Source: Veleropilina oligotropha
Taxonomy: Eukaryota
Direction: 5' to 3'
DNA length: 64,000 nucleotides
NCBI GenBank assembly: GCA_048128005.1
Contig: JBEUKZ010000078.1
Coordinates: forward strand, 310,001 to 374,000
In this document: one piece after another, positions 10,845 through 23,230 of the stretch
Layout of the letters: each line of letters opens with the position of its first letter
How positions within the stretch are numbered: the stretch's first letter is position 1
The notes under the pieces: model-generated
Told to the model about the DNA's origin: nothing
Seen by the model: only the letters and a program-made list of their open reading frames with translations
Database searches by the model: none
Translations under genes and position numbers: made by a program

Positions 10845-13800
10845 TGGCTTTTCATTGTTATCACGAGCTGAGAACACTCACTCATGTGTAACACCTCATT
10901 GTTTCTCAACGAACTTGTGAAGCCTGTCGGTGACCAACATACAAGCTGAGGTAGTGAAGCATATCAAATGGCTTTCGCACTGTTGACGTTTATGAGGACA
11001 CTATTTATAGCCCTGCTGGCTTATTCACCTACAGAACTGCAGTCTTTTGAAAATGTGAAACAAACCGTGTCTTTGTCAACATTGAATATACTCAGAGCTG
11101 CGAATATGTAGCGTGAGGAAGACAAGAGGATGTAGAAGTGGAACTGACAAACGACTATCTTCATCATGTTCAACCAAGATGTTAGCTACTACAGATAGCA
11201 CTTTTAAGCTATGCGGCATGAAGGTATGTGTTCTCAATGCAAGATCGGCAAAAACTTTTGACAGTAATACATACAAGGCACAAACTATACGCGCCCTGAC
11301 TATGGATAATAAATGGAACATCTTGGCAATAACAGAAACTTGGTTAAGGGACGATGACAGAAACCACATTTCTATCAAAAAAATTACCCCACCTGGATAC
11401 AATCTTGTCCAGATCGCTACACCTACGAAACGTGGCGGTGGAATTGCCATTATTCATAGGCAGACTATAAAGTGCAATCGAGTCAGTATATGGAATCAGC
11501 AATCTTCCTATGAAGTGCTTCCTGTCAGACTGGATGTTGAAAATCAGAGTGTAATCCTGGTGGTTGTGTATTGTCCACCAAGACAGGATGCTGCGTTCCT
11601 TAATGAGTTTCAAAATCTTTTGGATCACTTGACAACTGTTTCTGGAAAAGCGTTGATTTGTGGCGACTTTAACTTTCATGTTGACAATAAGCTACATCCG
11701 GGGGCTATGAAGTTTCTGAACGTTTTGGTAACCCATGGACTTGTGCAGCATGTCAGTGAACCCACTCACGTTGGTGGACACGCTCTCGACCTGATAATCT
11801 CGAGGAGTGGGGAACTAGAGATCTCAGATATACAGACTGATAATTCTGTAAAGTCGGATAATTATGGTCTCATTTTCAAAGTGAATATTCAAGTTCCTCG
11901 GAGGGAAAGAAAATTAATAACTTTTCGGGAATGGAGACAGATCAACTTAGACGACTTGAAACAGGACATGAACAATTCGTTGACAGATTATGAATTATGA
12001 ACAATTAGGTTTGTCCGAGTCCCTCATTCTCTACAAAGACGCTACCACATATGTAATGGACGAACATGCTCCAACCGTCAGTCGCTATGTGACAGTACAT
12101 CACAACAAGGCGTGGTACACCGATTCCATCAGGGACGAAGAACAGAAGAGACGCAAGTTGGAAAGGCAAATGAGGCGAACAGGTTTAACGGTTCATAAAC
12201 AGATGCATGACACTCAAAGAAATCATGTTACAGCATTAGTGGAAAAAGCCAAGTCAGCTCACTACTCTGAAGCCATTCACAATGCGTCGAATGCTAAGGA
12301 CATTTTTCGTGTTTCCAATGAATTGTTATTAAAAAAAGGGTTCAAGGTCTTACCAAGTTTTTCCACTGTAGATTAGCTAGCAAATCAATATTCTGACTAT
12401 TTCCAGGAGAAGATATCACGGATAATGATTAGTATTACCAATACACAGATGACATTGCACATACCATACGCAAACAGGAGTGTCACTGGCGATATAACTC
12501 CACAGAGTATCTTCAGACCTACAGATATGCAAGAGGTGCAAATGATCATCTAGAAAAATGCCAGCAAGACTTGTAGTCTTGATCCAATGCCCACCTGGCT
12601 TCTAAAGGACTGTCAGGAGAAAATCGCACCACTCGTTACTCAAATGGCAAATCTGTCGCTTTCCGAAGGTGATGTGACCCCGTCTATGAAGGAAGGGCTT
12701 GTTACTCCACTCATCAAGAAGAACAATCTGGTCCCGGACATCATGAAGAACTATAGACCAGTATCGAATCTTTCATATTTTTCCAAACTTGTTGAGAGAA
12801 TTGTAGCTGTACGACTGCGGGAACATATCACATCTCATGGACTTCTGAGACTATGCAATCTGCTTATAAGCAAGGTCATGTCACGGAGACAGCCCTGGTG
12901 CGGGTACAAAATGATCTGCTGCAGGCAGTGGATAGTGATGGTGGTGCTCTGTGAGTGCTACTTGATCTTTCGGCCGCTTTTGACACGGTTGATCACAAAG
13001 TGCTGTTGGACATATTGGAAACAAGACTGTGTGTGACAGGACTCGCTCTAGCATGGATCCGTTCCTACCTACCGGGCGACACCAGTCAGTATGTATAGAT
13101 GGATATGTGTCTGACCAGGTAGAGTTGCGGTATGGTGTACCTCAAGGTTCAGTACTCGGACCAGTTATTTTCACCATTTACACAATGCCACTCGGAGACA
13201 TCGTTAGAGCGCGTGGTCTAAACTTTCATCTGTACTCTGACGATACACAGATCTATCTCAGGTTCAAGCCTACAATACCATACCCAATGCAACACACATT
13301 TGAAGTTGTATCGAGATGCATCACCGACATTAGAATATGGATGGCTGCCAATTTTCTAAAATTAAATGACGACAAAACAGAGGTTCTCGTTCTGTGTTCA
13401 AAGCAGACAAGATCAAGATCAAAGTTAGCAGTGCCCAACCTTATTATTGGACAACGTGATATTAAACCAAGCAACGAGGCACGAAATTTAGGTGTTGTTT
13501 TTAACTCATCACTCGGACTCGAATCCCATGTTAATTCCATTTGCAGGCGAGCATATTACCACATCGGAAACACCAGTTTAATTCGAAGATACATAGATAA
13601 GCAGGCGACGGCTACACTCAACCAAGCGTACGTCACCTCCACGCTTGATTACTGTAATGCCCTTTTGTATGGACTACCAGTCACACTGCTGAACAAACTT
13701 CAAAAGGTCTAGAATGCTGCAGCGCGAGTCGTCACCAGGACGCGTAAGTGGGAGCACATTACTCCAGTTCTTCATGACTTGCATTGGTTGCCTATACGTC

Positions 13801-14207
13801 AACGTATTGAATATAAAATACTTGTTTGTGTTCCTGGCTATAAACAAATCTGCTCCTGAGTATCTGTCAGAGATGGTTCAGGCGTACCAACCAACACGGG
13901 TCCTTCGTTCATGCGATCAGAACTTAGTCAAAATCAACTCTGTACGAACGAAATCTTTCGGCGGGAGATGTTTCCAGGCAGCTGGTCCCAGACTGTGAAA
14001 TAAGGTTCCTAGTGACATCCGTGCAAGCTGTGATCTTTGTACTTTTAAGACCAAGCTAAAATCATTCCTGTTCAATGGATCATATGGAACCTGATAAGAT
14101 CTATACTCTGTCATAGAAACTTTTGAATTCAGACTCATTCCAGCGCATTCGAGCAGTGTTTGCTCACTGGATATTTGCGCTATACAAATTCATATATGTA
14201 TGTATGT
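10845..14207 (+). mobile_element. CR1/L2-clade LINE (APE endonuclease + RT), copy 1, disrupted and missing its 5' end
   Basis: Endonuclease motifs LNARS, ITETWL, GDFNFH, PTH.GGH.LDL; RT motifs NYRPVSNL, YGVPQGSVLGP, YSDDTQ, LKLNDDKTE; several stops and frameshifts; (atgt)n tail. Confidence 0.92.
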
Positions 14208-14310
14208 ATCATCTGCTTCGGATAGCAACCGACCAACAGGGTCATCCAGATGTCTCCATCTCAGAGTATGGTTGGAAAGTCAAAGACGGGATAACGGTGA
14301 TGGTTATGAA
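14208..14310 (+). pseudogene. Academ transposon C-terminal remnant distal to the LINE
   Basis: HLLRIATDQQGHPDVSISEYGWKVKDG continues in frame from the fragment ending at 37817 in copy 2. Confidence 0.6.
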
Positions 14311-14779
14311 GACCGTGTTTGTGCGAAATACGTATGCAAATCACGCCTAAAGACTTCTGTTATCAGCTGAGAGTGGATCCTATAATATCGGTAACTACGG
14401 CGTGCTGTTCACATTTAATAAAAGGCAGGCGCTTTTTATTCAATATTGACATTTACAACATTAATTTTTTAATATATCATGAATTTTATTTTTATGTATG
14501 ATAATTAATCTCTATACCATAATAACTTTCTGAAAAGAACACAATCAGAAAGTGTCAGATTAATTCTCGTTAAGCTGATTAGGATTAGCTGATTAAATTA
14601 CAATGAAGAACGATTGCCGCCTGTTGCTGTGTTAATTACATTACGTTGACTAATTAAATTATCAGTTCGTCTTCAGATTGCATTGTGGTTCCCATAAATT
14701 AAATGTTACCTCCGCATGCCACTTTTCCATTAATTAACACGTTTTATTTCGGTTTTTCAAGTTAACCTGGATTCTGCCA

Positions 14780-16787
14780 GAAATTGTCAAGGTCTTTCGA
14801 CATTCAGGATGTCATACGTGGACTTGACAGAGACCATGATAGGGCTACTTCGCGCCTCCCGACAAGGGGACTGGATGTTGCATCTGGCATACATTTGACA
14901 GATGACCCTTGGTGTTTTGCTATACGACAAGCTCAACCTCGTCCGCTTCCTTCCATGCTAATATGTGACAATGTCAAAACTACATATCGACCACCATGAA
15001 GCAAATGCACACTTAATGATAGGCGAATTTTCAGTCCAGATTGGCTGCAAAGATCCATTTGGCGGAATCCCTGTCGACAATACTATCGAGGAGACTGTCA
15101 ACAAGTATAACCAAACACCTGTAGGAACAAACGAGTGCAGCCACAAACTGGCAGTCGGCACCAAGTACTACATGACATCGGAATACCGGATTGCCTACCG
15201 AAGGGACATTGTGTGGTGCCCTGAATCACATCTCATTCATCCCGATCTACGCTTACCTAGGATCAGAAGCCGATGTCGTCGCTTGCTGAACTCATCGATG
15301 CCTGCTGGCTGAACATTTTAGCCCGGACCTGGCAGAGGTTGTCAACTTATCAACATTAACAGTTGCATCACCAGATGTTTTAAATGACGTAATGATGCTA
15401 ACATAATTGGAGAGGAAGCATACAAATCGTTCAATAGTAGCTCGAGGCAGAGCAAGCAACTGCAGCGTTCCACGAAAAGTTGAAGAAAGGAAACTGACAA
15501 CACTTTCAGACATCAAGAAAAAAGAACGAAAATAAGGAAAGGAAATAGTTCTAAAAGCTGACAGAAACTTGATTGGTCACATGCTCGTAGTTGCTGAGTG
15601 TCGATCTCTTCACATGAGTGATGTTTTATCTTACCCATTGGTACCCCTACCATGCGCCAATGCAGATTGCGAAAGTAAATAAAGCTGCTTTAGCCAGAGA
15701 GCTGGAGAAACGCTTCTTCAGCAGAAGTTATCCCAGATCCCAGAGCCCGGCTGATATTGTCACCTTATCAACATCAACAGTTGCATCACCAGATGTTTTA
15801 AATGACCTAATGATGATAACAGAATTGGAGAGGATGCTATCATACAACAGCGTTCCACGGAAAGTTGAAGAAAAGGAAAGAAAATAAGGAAAAGGAAAGA
15901 AGTAGTTCTAAAAGCTGACATAAATTTGTTTGGCCAAATGCTTGTGTACAGTTGCTGAGTGTCGAGCTCTTCACATGAGTGATGTAACATGTTTTAGCTT
16001 ACCCACTGGTACCCTACCATGCGCCAATGCAGTTTCCTGCAAGATAAATAAAGTTGTTATAGCCAGAGAGCTGGAGAAACGCTTCTTCACCAAAAGTTAT
16101 CCCAGATCCATAAACAACCATTAACTGCAGGATGAGTTTGTGTCATAAAATGAAAGGGAATGACAAGACATTCTCACAGTTGACAGAACTGGGTTAAGAA
16201 TCAACGCATTGATGATATGGTCTTCGATGTTTGAAAGGAAATGTCCATCAAAGATGGGGAAAGGGCAAACATATGCTTGAACGGGGGTATTCACTTCAAG
16301 AACGTTATAACGGATCATAATATCCCAGTGGAGGAAACGTCTTAAAACCTCTGCCAACGAGGCACATCTGATAAAGTTCCAATTAGAATAATGAAAGCAA
16401 CCCAGGCACAGATAGAACCTTCAAAACAGTACGCTGTATATCGCATGTGAAGAAGTCTGCAATGAAATCAACAATGACCAGTGGTAAGCGGTACAGAGAT
16501 GAAATCCTATAAGGAAGAAGTTGACCCTCGCAGGCTGTCACACCACTCCATGTAACAGAATTGGTGTACAAGGCAGTGGTAATCGCTGCTGATGATACCG
16601 ATGTATTGATGCTATGCCAGAGTATCGGCAAGAATATTCTATACCTCATGTATATGAAAACCAGGAAGTTTCAAAGACCAGAACAAAGTTTCGAAAACTA
16701 GGAGAAGGTTTCTTGATATCACCAAGGAATGCCAATCATTAGGATGCTGTGTACCTGATTCCAGGATTAGCATGCATGCATTTACAG
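14780..16787 (+). pseudogene. AcademX DNA transposon remnant (transposase + XPG-like nuclease), copy 1
   Basis: GLLRASRQGDWMLHLA, FSVQIGCKDPFGGIPVDNTIEETVNK, LKADRNL, AVVIAADDTDVLMLC and HAFT. There is an internal tandem duplication (~15320-15735 vs ~15745-16110). A LINE fragment truncates it at 16788. Confidence 0.75.
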
Positions 16788-18838
16788 CCTAGACATATTG
16801 GAGAGCTGTGTTTCAGAGATCAAACACGGGATGTGCACAAACATGCTGAAACTCAATGATGATAAAACTGAGTTTATTATATTTGGCTCAAGAAGTAACA
16901 TCACAAAGGGCCGAGATGTAAACCTACAAGTTGGTGAAACTGAAATAAACTCCAGCCAATTTGTAAGAAATTTGGGTGCTTACTTCGACAACACTATGTC
17001 GATGGAAAAAATCGTCTCTGATAAAGTTAAATGCTCATTCAGTATTCTTTCTAAGAAACATCAGACGCATCCGTCGTTTTTTAACACCAGATGCAACGAA
17101 GCTTCTTGTGCATGCATATGTCATATCTCGCCTTGATTATTCCAACAGTTTACTTTTCGGAATAAACGCAAGCCTCATTAACAGATTGCAGCAAGTTCAG
17201 AATGCCGCAGCCAGGCTGATTTTACTTGCCCAGCCAAGGGACCATGCAACCCCGCTGCTATATAGGCTACACTGGCTCCCTGTTGAGAAACGGATTATCT
17301 TCAAAATTCTTACATTCGTTTACAATTCTCTTCAAGGAAAAGCGCCTGGATATATTATTGAACTTCTGGCTCAATATCGACCTATTAGAGCACTTAGGTC
17401 GCAGCAATTACAACAGTAATGAATAAATATGGCGATAGAGCATTTATCAACAATGCCCCAAAACTCTGGAACAAACTCCCATCTAAAGTAAAGGAAAGCA
17501 CATCTCAGACAAGTTTTCGGAAGACGTTGAAAACACACCTATTTGCTGATGTATATGCCAACCTGATCAAATCTCACTAACAATTCAGCTGACATCGTAA
17601 TAGGAGGACAGTAATGACTGCTTCACATCTGTTCATTGTTATTGCTTATAGCATTCATCATATGTATCATTCAAAGTTGGTTGAAGTTCACGCAGGGGCT
17701 GCTTCACCTCTTTGTCTGGTTGCGCTTGTAAAAAAAAAAAATTAATAAAATTGAAAATACTCAACAAAAAAATATTCTGTTTATTATTATAAGTTGTCGG
17801 CATTGCCCGAGGGGAATATGGGTCTATGTACCTGTTTGTGATAATTTATTAACCGAGACGAAGTCGAGGTTAATAAATTCTCACAAACGGTACATAGACC
17901 CATATTTCACGAGGGCTATGCCGACAACGAATTTATCTTACTTCAATATAATAAAATCAAGCCTTTTGAACAAGTTTCTTTTCCAACTTCGTAACTCCGT
18001 GAAAGAATCCATTTTATATATGCTATTGTTGTTACGAAAAAAAACGCGTTCCTAAAATAATGTTTTCAGCTCTGCCGAAGATCATGTGTTAAACTCGTGT
18101 TCAATATAAAAAATATTCCTTCCGTTATAACTGTGATATTTTAGCATAATTGGCATGATTATTGAAAAATACACAAAGTATGTTTGTGGCAAATACATCC
18201 ATACCAATATACATTATATAAAATATTGAACATATTCTGACGCGCCCATTAGAATGAAATAATAATGCCTAGCAACCGTCACTCTCCAGGCAGAGAAATT
18301 AATAATACTCCGTACAGTACGATAAAGAAATGACGTCTGTGCACAGGAGAATAATAGGAAGTCGAAGTAAACACCCAAATTAGCTAAATAAGGATAATTG
18401 GATATTCATTTTACATGAAAGTGTAAACCGTTACGACTATAAAATGAAATTGATGCAAAATTTTCGAAACGATGGACGATTCCAAGACTTAACATTTGCA
18501 TTGATGTTTTGGCAGACGACATGTTCACAATTATCTCCGTTGTCTCCGAGGGCGCTCCAAATCACAATAGTACACACAACTATGTAAGGTATAAATAATT
18601 CATATACCCCGCCTGGGTGGGGAATACGGTAATTGTCGAAGGAACGTTGACCAATCAGATTGCAGCATTAAGAGCTAAAGTAAGATAATATTGCTTATTG
18701 CATTCATAGTATGTATCATTGATGTCTCTCCTGTATATTCTTGTGTACATTGTACTGTAATATTAGTTATAGTTTGTACTGCGCTTAGAGCTACACTAGA
18801 ATAGGCGCATTATAAATGTATTAAATAATAATAATAAT
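16788..18838 (+). mobile_element. 5'-truncated CR1/L2-clade LINE of a second family; 3' UTR interrupted by a hairpin element
   Basis: LKLNDDKTEF, VISRLDYSNSLL, LQQVQNAAARL, LHWLPV; 3' end gcgcttagag...ggcgcattataaat with an (aat)n tail at ~18825-18838. Confidence 0.85.
17789..18689. mobile_element. Non-autonomous long-hairpin element (possibly Crypton-like), copy 1
   Basis: ~60-bp inverted arms at 17793-17928 around ccgagacgaagtcgagg. The adjacent ttatcttactt is the reverse complement of the far terminus aagtaagataa. A second copy lies at 56879-57788. Confidence 0.7.
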
Positions 18839-19975
18839 TAAAGCTGCGAGCAGCTGTGAGGGCTTCAATCAGATAAACGAAATAAAAAAAAGACGTAAAA
18901 TACAAAAAAATAAAAAAGTTTAATTTAAAAAAAAAACAATACTAAATTTAAAAAAATATTTTTTATATTTTAAGATATACATATGGCCACTCTGAATCGA
19001 ATGCCGCCAATCTTAGATTTCTACGCCGAAAGTGCTAGGGGGGCCGGAAAATTTTGAAACCTAGATGCTATGAAATCTATTATATTGTGCATTAACCTAT
19101 GATGGAAATTAAGAAGTATCTATAATAATGAATGCGCAACTGGACTGACCAACAGAATATCAATGTTTTCACCATATATTAACAGTTAATGAATCATGTA
19201 GCCTTCTGTTGGCTAAATGTTTACTTAAGCCTGATAGCAGAACTTCTCAAGGGCCTTGCTCTCCAGTTGCCGCGCGGCTTTATGACACCTCAAAGAGACA
19301 GGCTCATAAACTGCCTACTTCATCTGATAAGGCAATTAGCACTGAGCTGGTCGCGCCGAAATGAGACGAGGAATTAAAATAGTATTTTATAAACAATGAA
19401 AGTACTTATTGTATTCTTGTCACAATTCTCTAATATAACGATCTTTATATAGTATATTTTATGCGAAAATCTGGAAGAAAAAGGACGATTTTTAGAGGCG
19501 CTATGAAGAAATATTCATCTCAAAAAACTAAGTCTAATAACTCTCAAGCAACTCATTTTAGCGATGTATTCTATATATATTACATTAGATATTTTCGATA
19601 CGAATAAAATGAATTGCGTCACGTTTCATATAAATGAAAATTAAAGAAGTTACAGTCAATGTAATATTAAATTTAATGTCTTCATAACTCCTTTTTAATT
19701 TGTCTCACAAAGTATTCCATTACAACAACATATACCGATATATGCTTTGTCAAAACTACCAAGTGTCGATAAGATCACGCTACTCAGTTCTGAGAAAAGC
19801 GCATTTTAATGTTTTCAAAAAATCAAAGATTGCGACGAAACCATGGCATTTATTGGCTAAAATTTTGCGGCAAACATTACTTGATATCGATGCGCACTCA
19901 CCCTGGAAGATTGGAAAGATTTCGTGGAGTGCATTGAAAGATACTGCAGAAATGAAAAATTGAAAAAACTTCAAA

Positions 19976-20304
19976 ATTTTGTCAAGATTAGGACGCCCGT
20001 AGCGATCTTAGCATTGAAAAAATGAAAATTTCATTTCCAAGAGATTGTTGTCTCAATAGTCTAGATCATGCCTTTGAAGATTTTGTCTCGATCTCGAAAG
20101 CCGTGTAAGACTTATATCGTTTTTGAAAAGAGGTCATTTTTAATTTTGTCAAGATTAGGACGCCCGTAGCGATCTTAGCATTGAAAAAATGAAAATTTCA
20201 TTTCCAAGAGATTGTTGTCTCAATAGTCTAGATCATGCCTTTGAAGATTTTGTCTCGATCTCGAAAGCCGTGTAAGACTTATATCGTTTTTGAAAAGAGG
20301 TCAT
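19976..20304. repeat. 167-bp tandem duplication inside a HINE-like element
   Basis: gtcaagattaggacgcccgtagcg...aaagaggtcat starts at 19981 and 20148 and looks identical by eye. Confidence 0.9.
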
Positions 20305-21429
20305 ATTTTTTTACAAAATTGAAGATTACGACCAAAGCATAAAATCCCGAAACTTGAAAATAGAACGAGGCAATGCTTCAATGATGTGCCCAAGCACATA
20401 TGAATTTTGAAAGCTGTAGGTATAGCCGTTTTCGCGCTAAAGTGCCCACAAAAAAACGTCAGAATAAGAATAATAACCGGTACAATTTCAATAGGGCTTC
20501 AAGCTTGAAAGAGCTTGAAGCCCTAATAATAATAATAATAATTAAAGCTGCGAGCAGCTGTGAGGGCTTCAATCAGATAAACGAAATAAAAAAAAGACGT
20601 AAAATACAAAAAAATAAAAAAGTTTAATTTAAAAAAAAAAAAATTACAAAAAATACTAAATGTAAAATTTTTTTTTTTATATTTTAAGATATACATATGG
20701 CCACTCTGAATCGAATGCCGCCAATCTTAGATTTCTACGCCGTATAGTATTTTTTAAATCTATTATCTTGTGCATGGAAATTAAGAAGTATCTATAATAA
20801 TGAATGCGCAACTGGACTGACCAACAGAATATCAATGTTTTCACCATATATTAACAGTTAATGAATCATGTAGCCTTCTGTTGGCTAAATGTTTACTTAA
20901 GCCTGATAGCAGAACTTCTGAAGGGCCTTGCTGTCCACTGGACAGGGTTGCTGCGCGGCTTTATGACACCTCAAAGAGGCAGGCTCATAAACTGCCTACT
21001 TCATCTGGTAAGGCAATTAGCACTGAGCTGGTCGCGCCGACATGAGACGAGGAATTAAAATAGTATTTTTTAAACAATGAAAGTACTTATTGTATTCTTG
21101 TCACAATTCTCTAATATAACGATCTTTATATAGTATATTTTATGCGAAAATCTGGAAGAAAAAGGACGATTTTTAGAGGCGCTATGAAGCAATATTCATC
21201 TAAAAAAACTAAGTCTAATAAAAGCTGCTAGCAGCTGTATAGGGCTCCAAGTTATATTCCTGGATATTCTAAAAATTTTAGGATTTTTTCAATTTTTTTT
21301 AAAATTTTTTAAAAAAAATTGAAAGTTTTTAGATCGAATTTTTTTATTATTTCCATTCAAAATATCTAAGCTCTAGCATCAATATTAACCGAGTTGGCCA
21401 TTTCGTGACCATTTTCTGGGAAAAATAGG

Positions 21430-23230
21430 GCGTTTTCCTTAATTAGGTCATATACTGCAATGTAGGTCAACTGAGGTCAAAGGTCAAGGTCACATGTGAA
21501 CGATGAACCATGACTTCCCATAGGCTCCCCATAGTAACTATGTGTCTGCGGAGCATCCTTTTTGATATATTGCCACTTGAAACAAATGCTTTAATGGCCG
21601 CCGAGGCACTTCCTGTTTTTCGATTTTATCACGTAAATTTGATAAATGTCAACTACAGACATCAATAGTAGTTCACTTCAACCACTATGGGCACACATGT
21701 ATGCATTTTTCCTTAATTAGGTCATTTCCTGCAATGTAGGTCACCTGAGGTCAAAGGTCAAGGTCATTTTCGAAAGCCCACCCATGACTTCCCATAGGCT
21801 CCCCATAGTAACCATGGGTCTACGTTGCATCATTTCCAAGCTATAGCCATTTTAAATTGATTTCACTATGGCCGCCGGTTAAATTAAAAATTCAAAAATC
21901 CACTCTCATGACATTTTTGACAAGCGACTCTGGCATCCGAATATACTAATCATGTCCCGCTAGGTTAAATATTAACAAAGTTTTACAAGAAGCTAGTTTA
22001 TGACGTAATCCAAGATGGCCGACAAACCGGCGCGGTCATGTGACTCAAAAAGTTGTATGCATCAATTCAGCTATAGTACTAACTATATGGCAACTTACAA
22101 CTATGCAGCTATAGCCGTTTTTGCGCTAAAGTGTTTACAAAAAACGTCAGAATAATAATAATAATAATTAAAGCTGCAAGCAGCTGTAGAGGGCTTCAAG
22201 CTGATCGCGTCCTATCGCTTGCAGCCCAATTTTTTTTTTTTTAATTTTTTTTTAACTTTTAGATTTAATTTTTAAATATTTTAATTTTTTTCCTTAGAAT
22301 TTTATTAATATATACACTGAATCGAATGCCGCAAATTTCAGGTCTGTACGCCACGTAGGTCTCCAGTTCTGGCCTTTTTAAGGAAAATGTGGTAGCCATT
22401 TTTTTTTTTTCGAATTTTTTTATTATCCTAATTTAAAATATCTAAGCTCTAGCATCAATATTAACAGAGTTTGCCATTTCCTGACCATTTTCTGGCAAAC
22501 ATGTCTTTTTCTGGCGAAAATATGTCGTTTTCCTTAATTAGGTCATTTTCTGCAATGTAGGTCAACTGAGGTCAAAGGTCAAGGTCACATGTGAAAGATC
22601 AACCATGACTTCCCATAGGGTCCCCATAGTAACTATGTGTCCACGGTGCATCCTTGTTGATATATTGCCACTTCTAACAAATGCTTTAATGGCCGCCGAG
22701 GCACTTCCTGTTCTTAATTTTATCTTGGAAATTTGGTAAATAGCGACTACGCACGTCAATAGGAGTTCATTTTAGCCACTATGGGCAAGCATATATGCAT
22801 TTTCCCTTAAATAGGTCATTTTTCGCAATGTAGGTCAACTGAGGTCAAAGGTCAAGGTCACATTTGAAAGCCCAACCATGACTTCCCATAGGCTCCCCAT
22901 AGTAACTATGTGTCCACGGCGCATCATTGTTGATATATTGCCACTTGAAATAAAAGCTTTAATGGCGGTCGAGGCACTTCCTGTTTTTCAATTTTATCTT
23001 GTAAATTTGGTAAATGTTGACTACACACGTCAATAGGAGTTCATTTCATGCACTGTAGGCCCACATATATGCATTTTTCCTTAATTAGGTCATTTCCTGC
23101 AATGTAGGTCAACTGAGGTCAAAGGTCAAGGTCAAATTTGAAAGCCCAACCATGACTTCCCATAGGCTCCCCATAGTAACCATGGGTCTACGGTGCATCA
23201 TTTTCAAGATATAGCCATTTTAAATTGATT
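21430..23230. repeat. ~274-bp internal satellite units rich in AGGTCA
   Basis: Units (ccttaattaggtcat...aggtcaaaggtcaaggtca...cccataggctccccatagtaac) at ~21435, 21709, 22530, 22803 and 23077; a partial unit at 28540. Confidence 0.85.

Noticed and set aside
11076..13540. Minus-strand ORFs overlapping the LINE
   Set aside because: Antisense shadows of LINE ORF2.
19189..21058. Repeated short ORFs MNHVAFCWLNVYLSL... (also at 27966)
   Set aside because: Incidental ORFs inside repeated non-autonomous elements; no domain signal.
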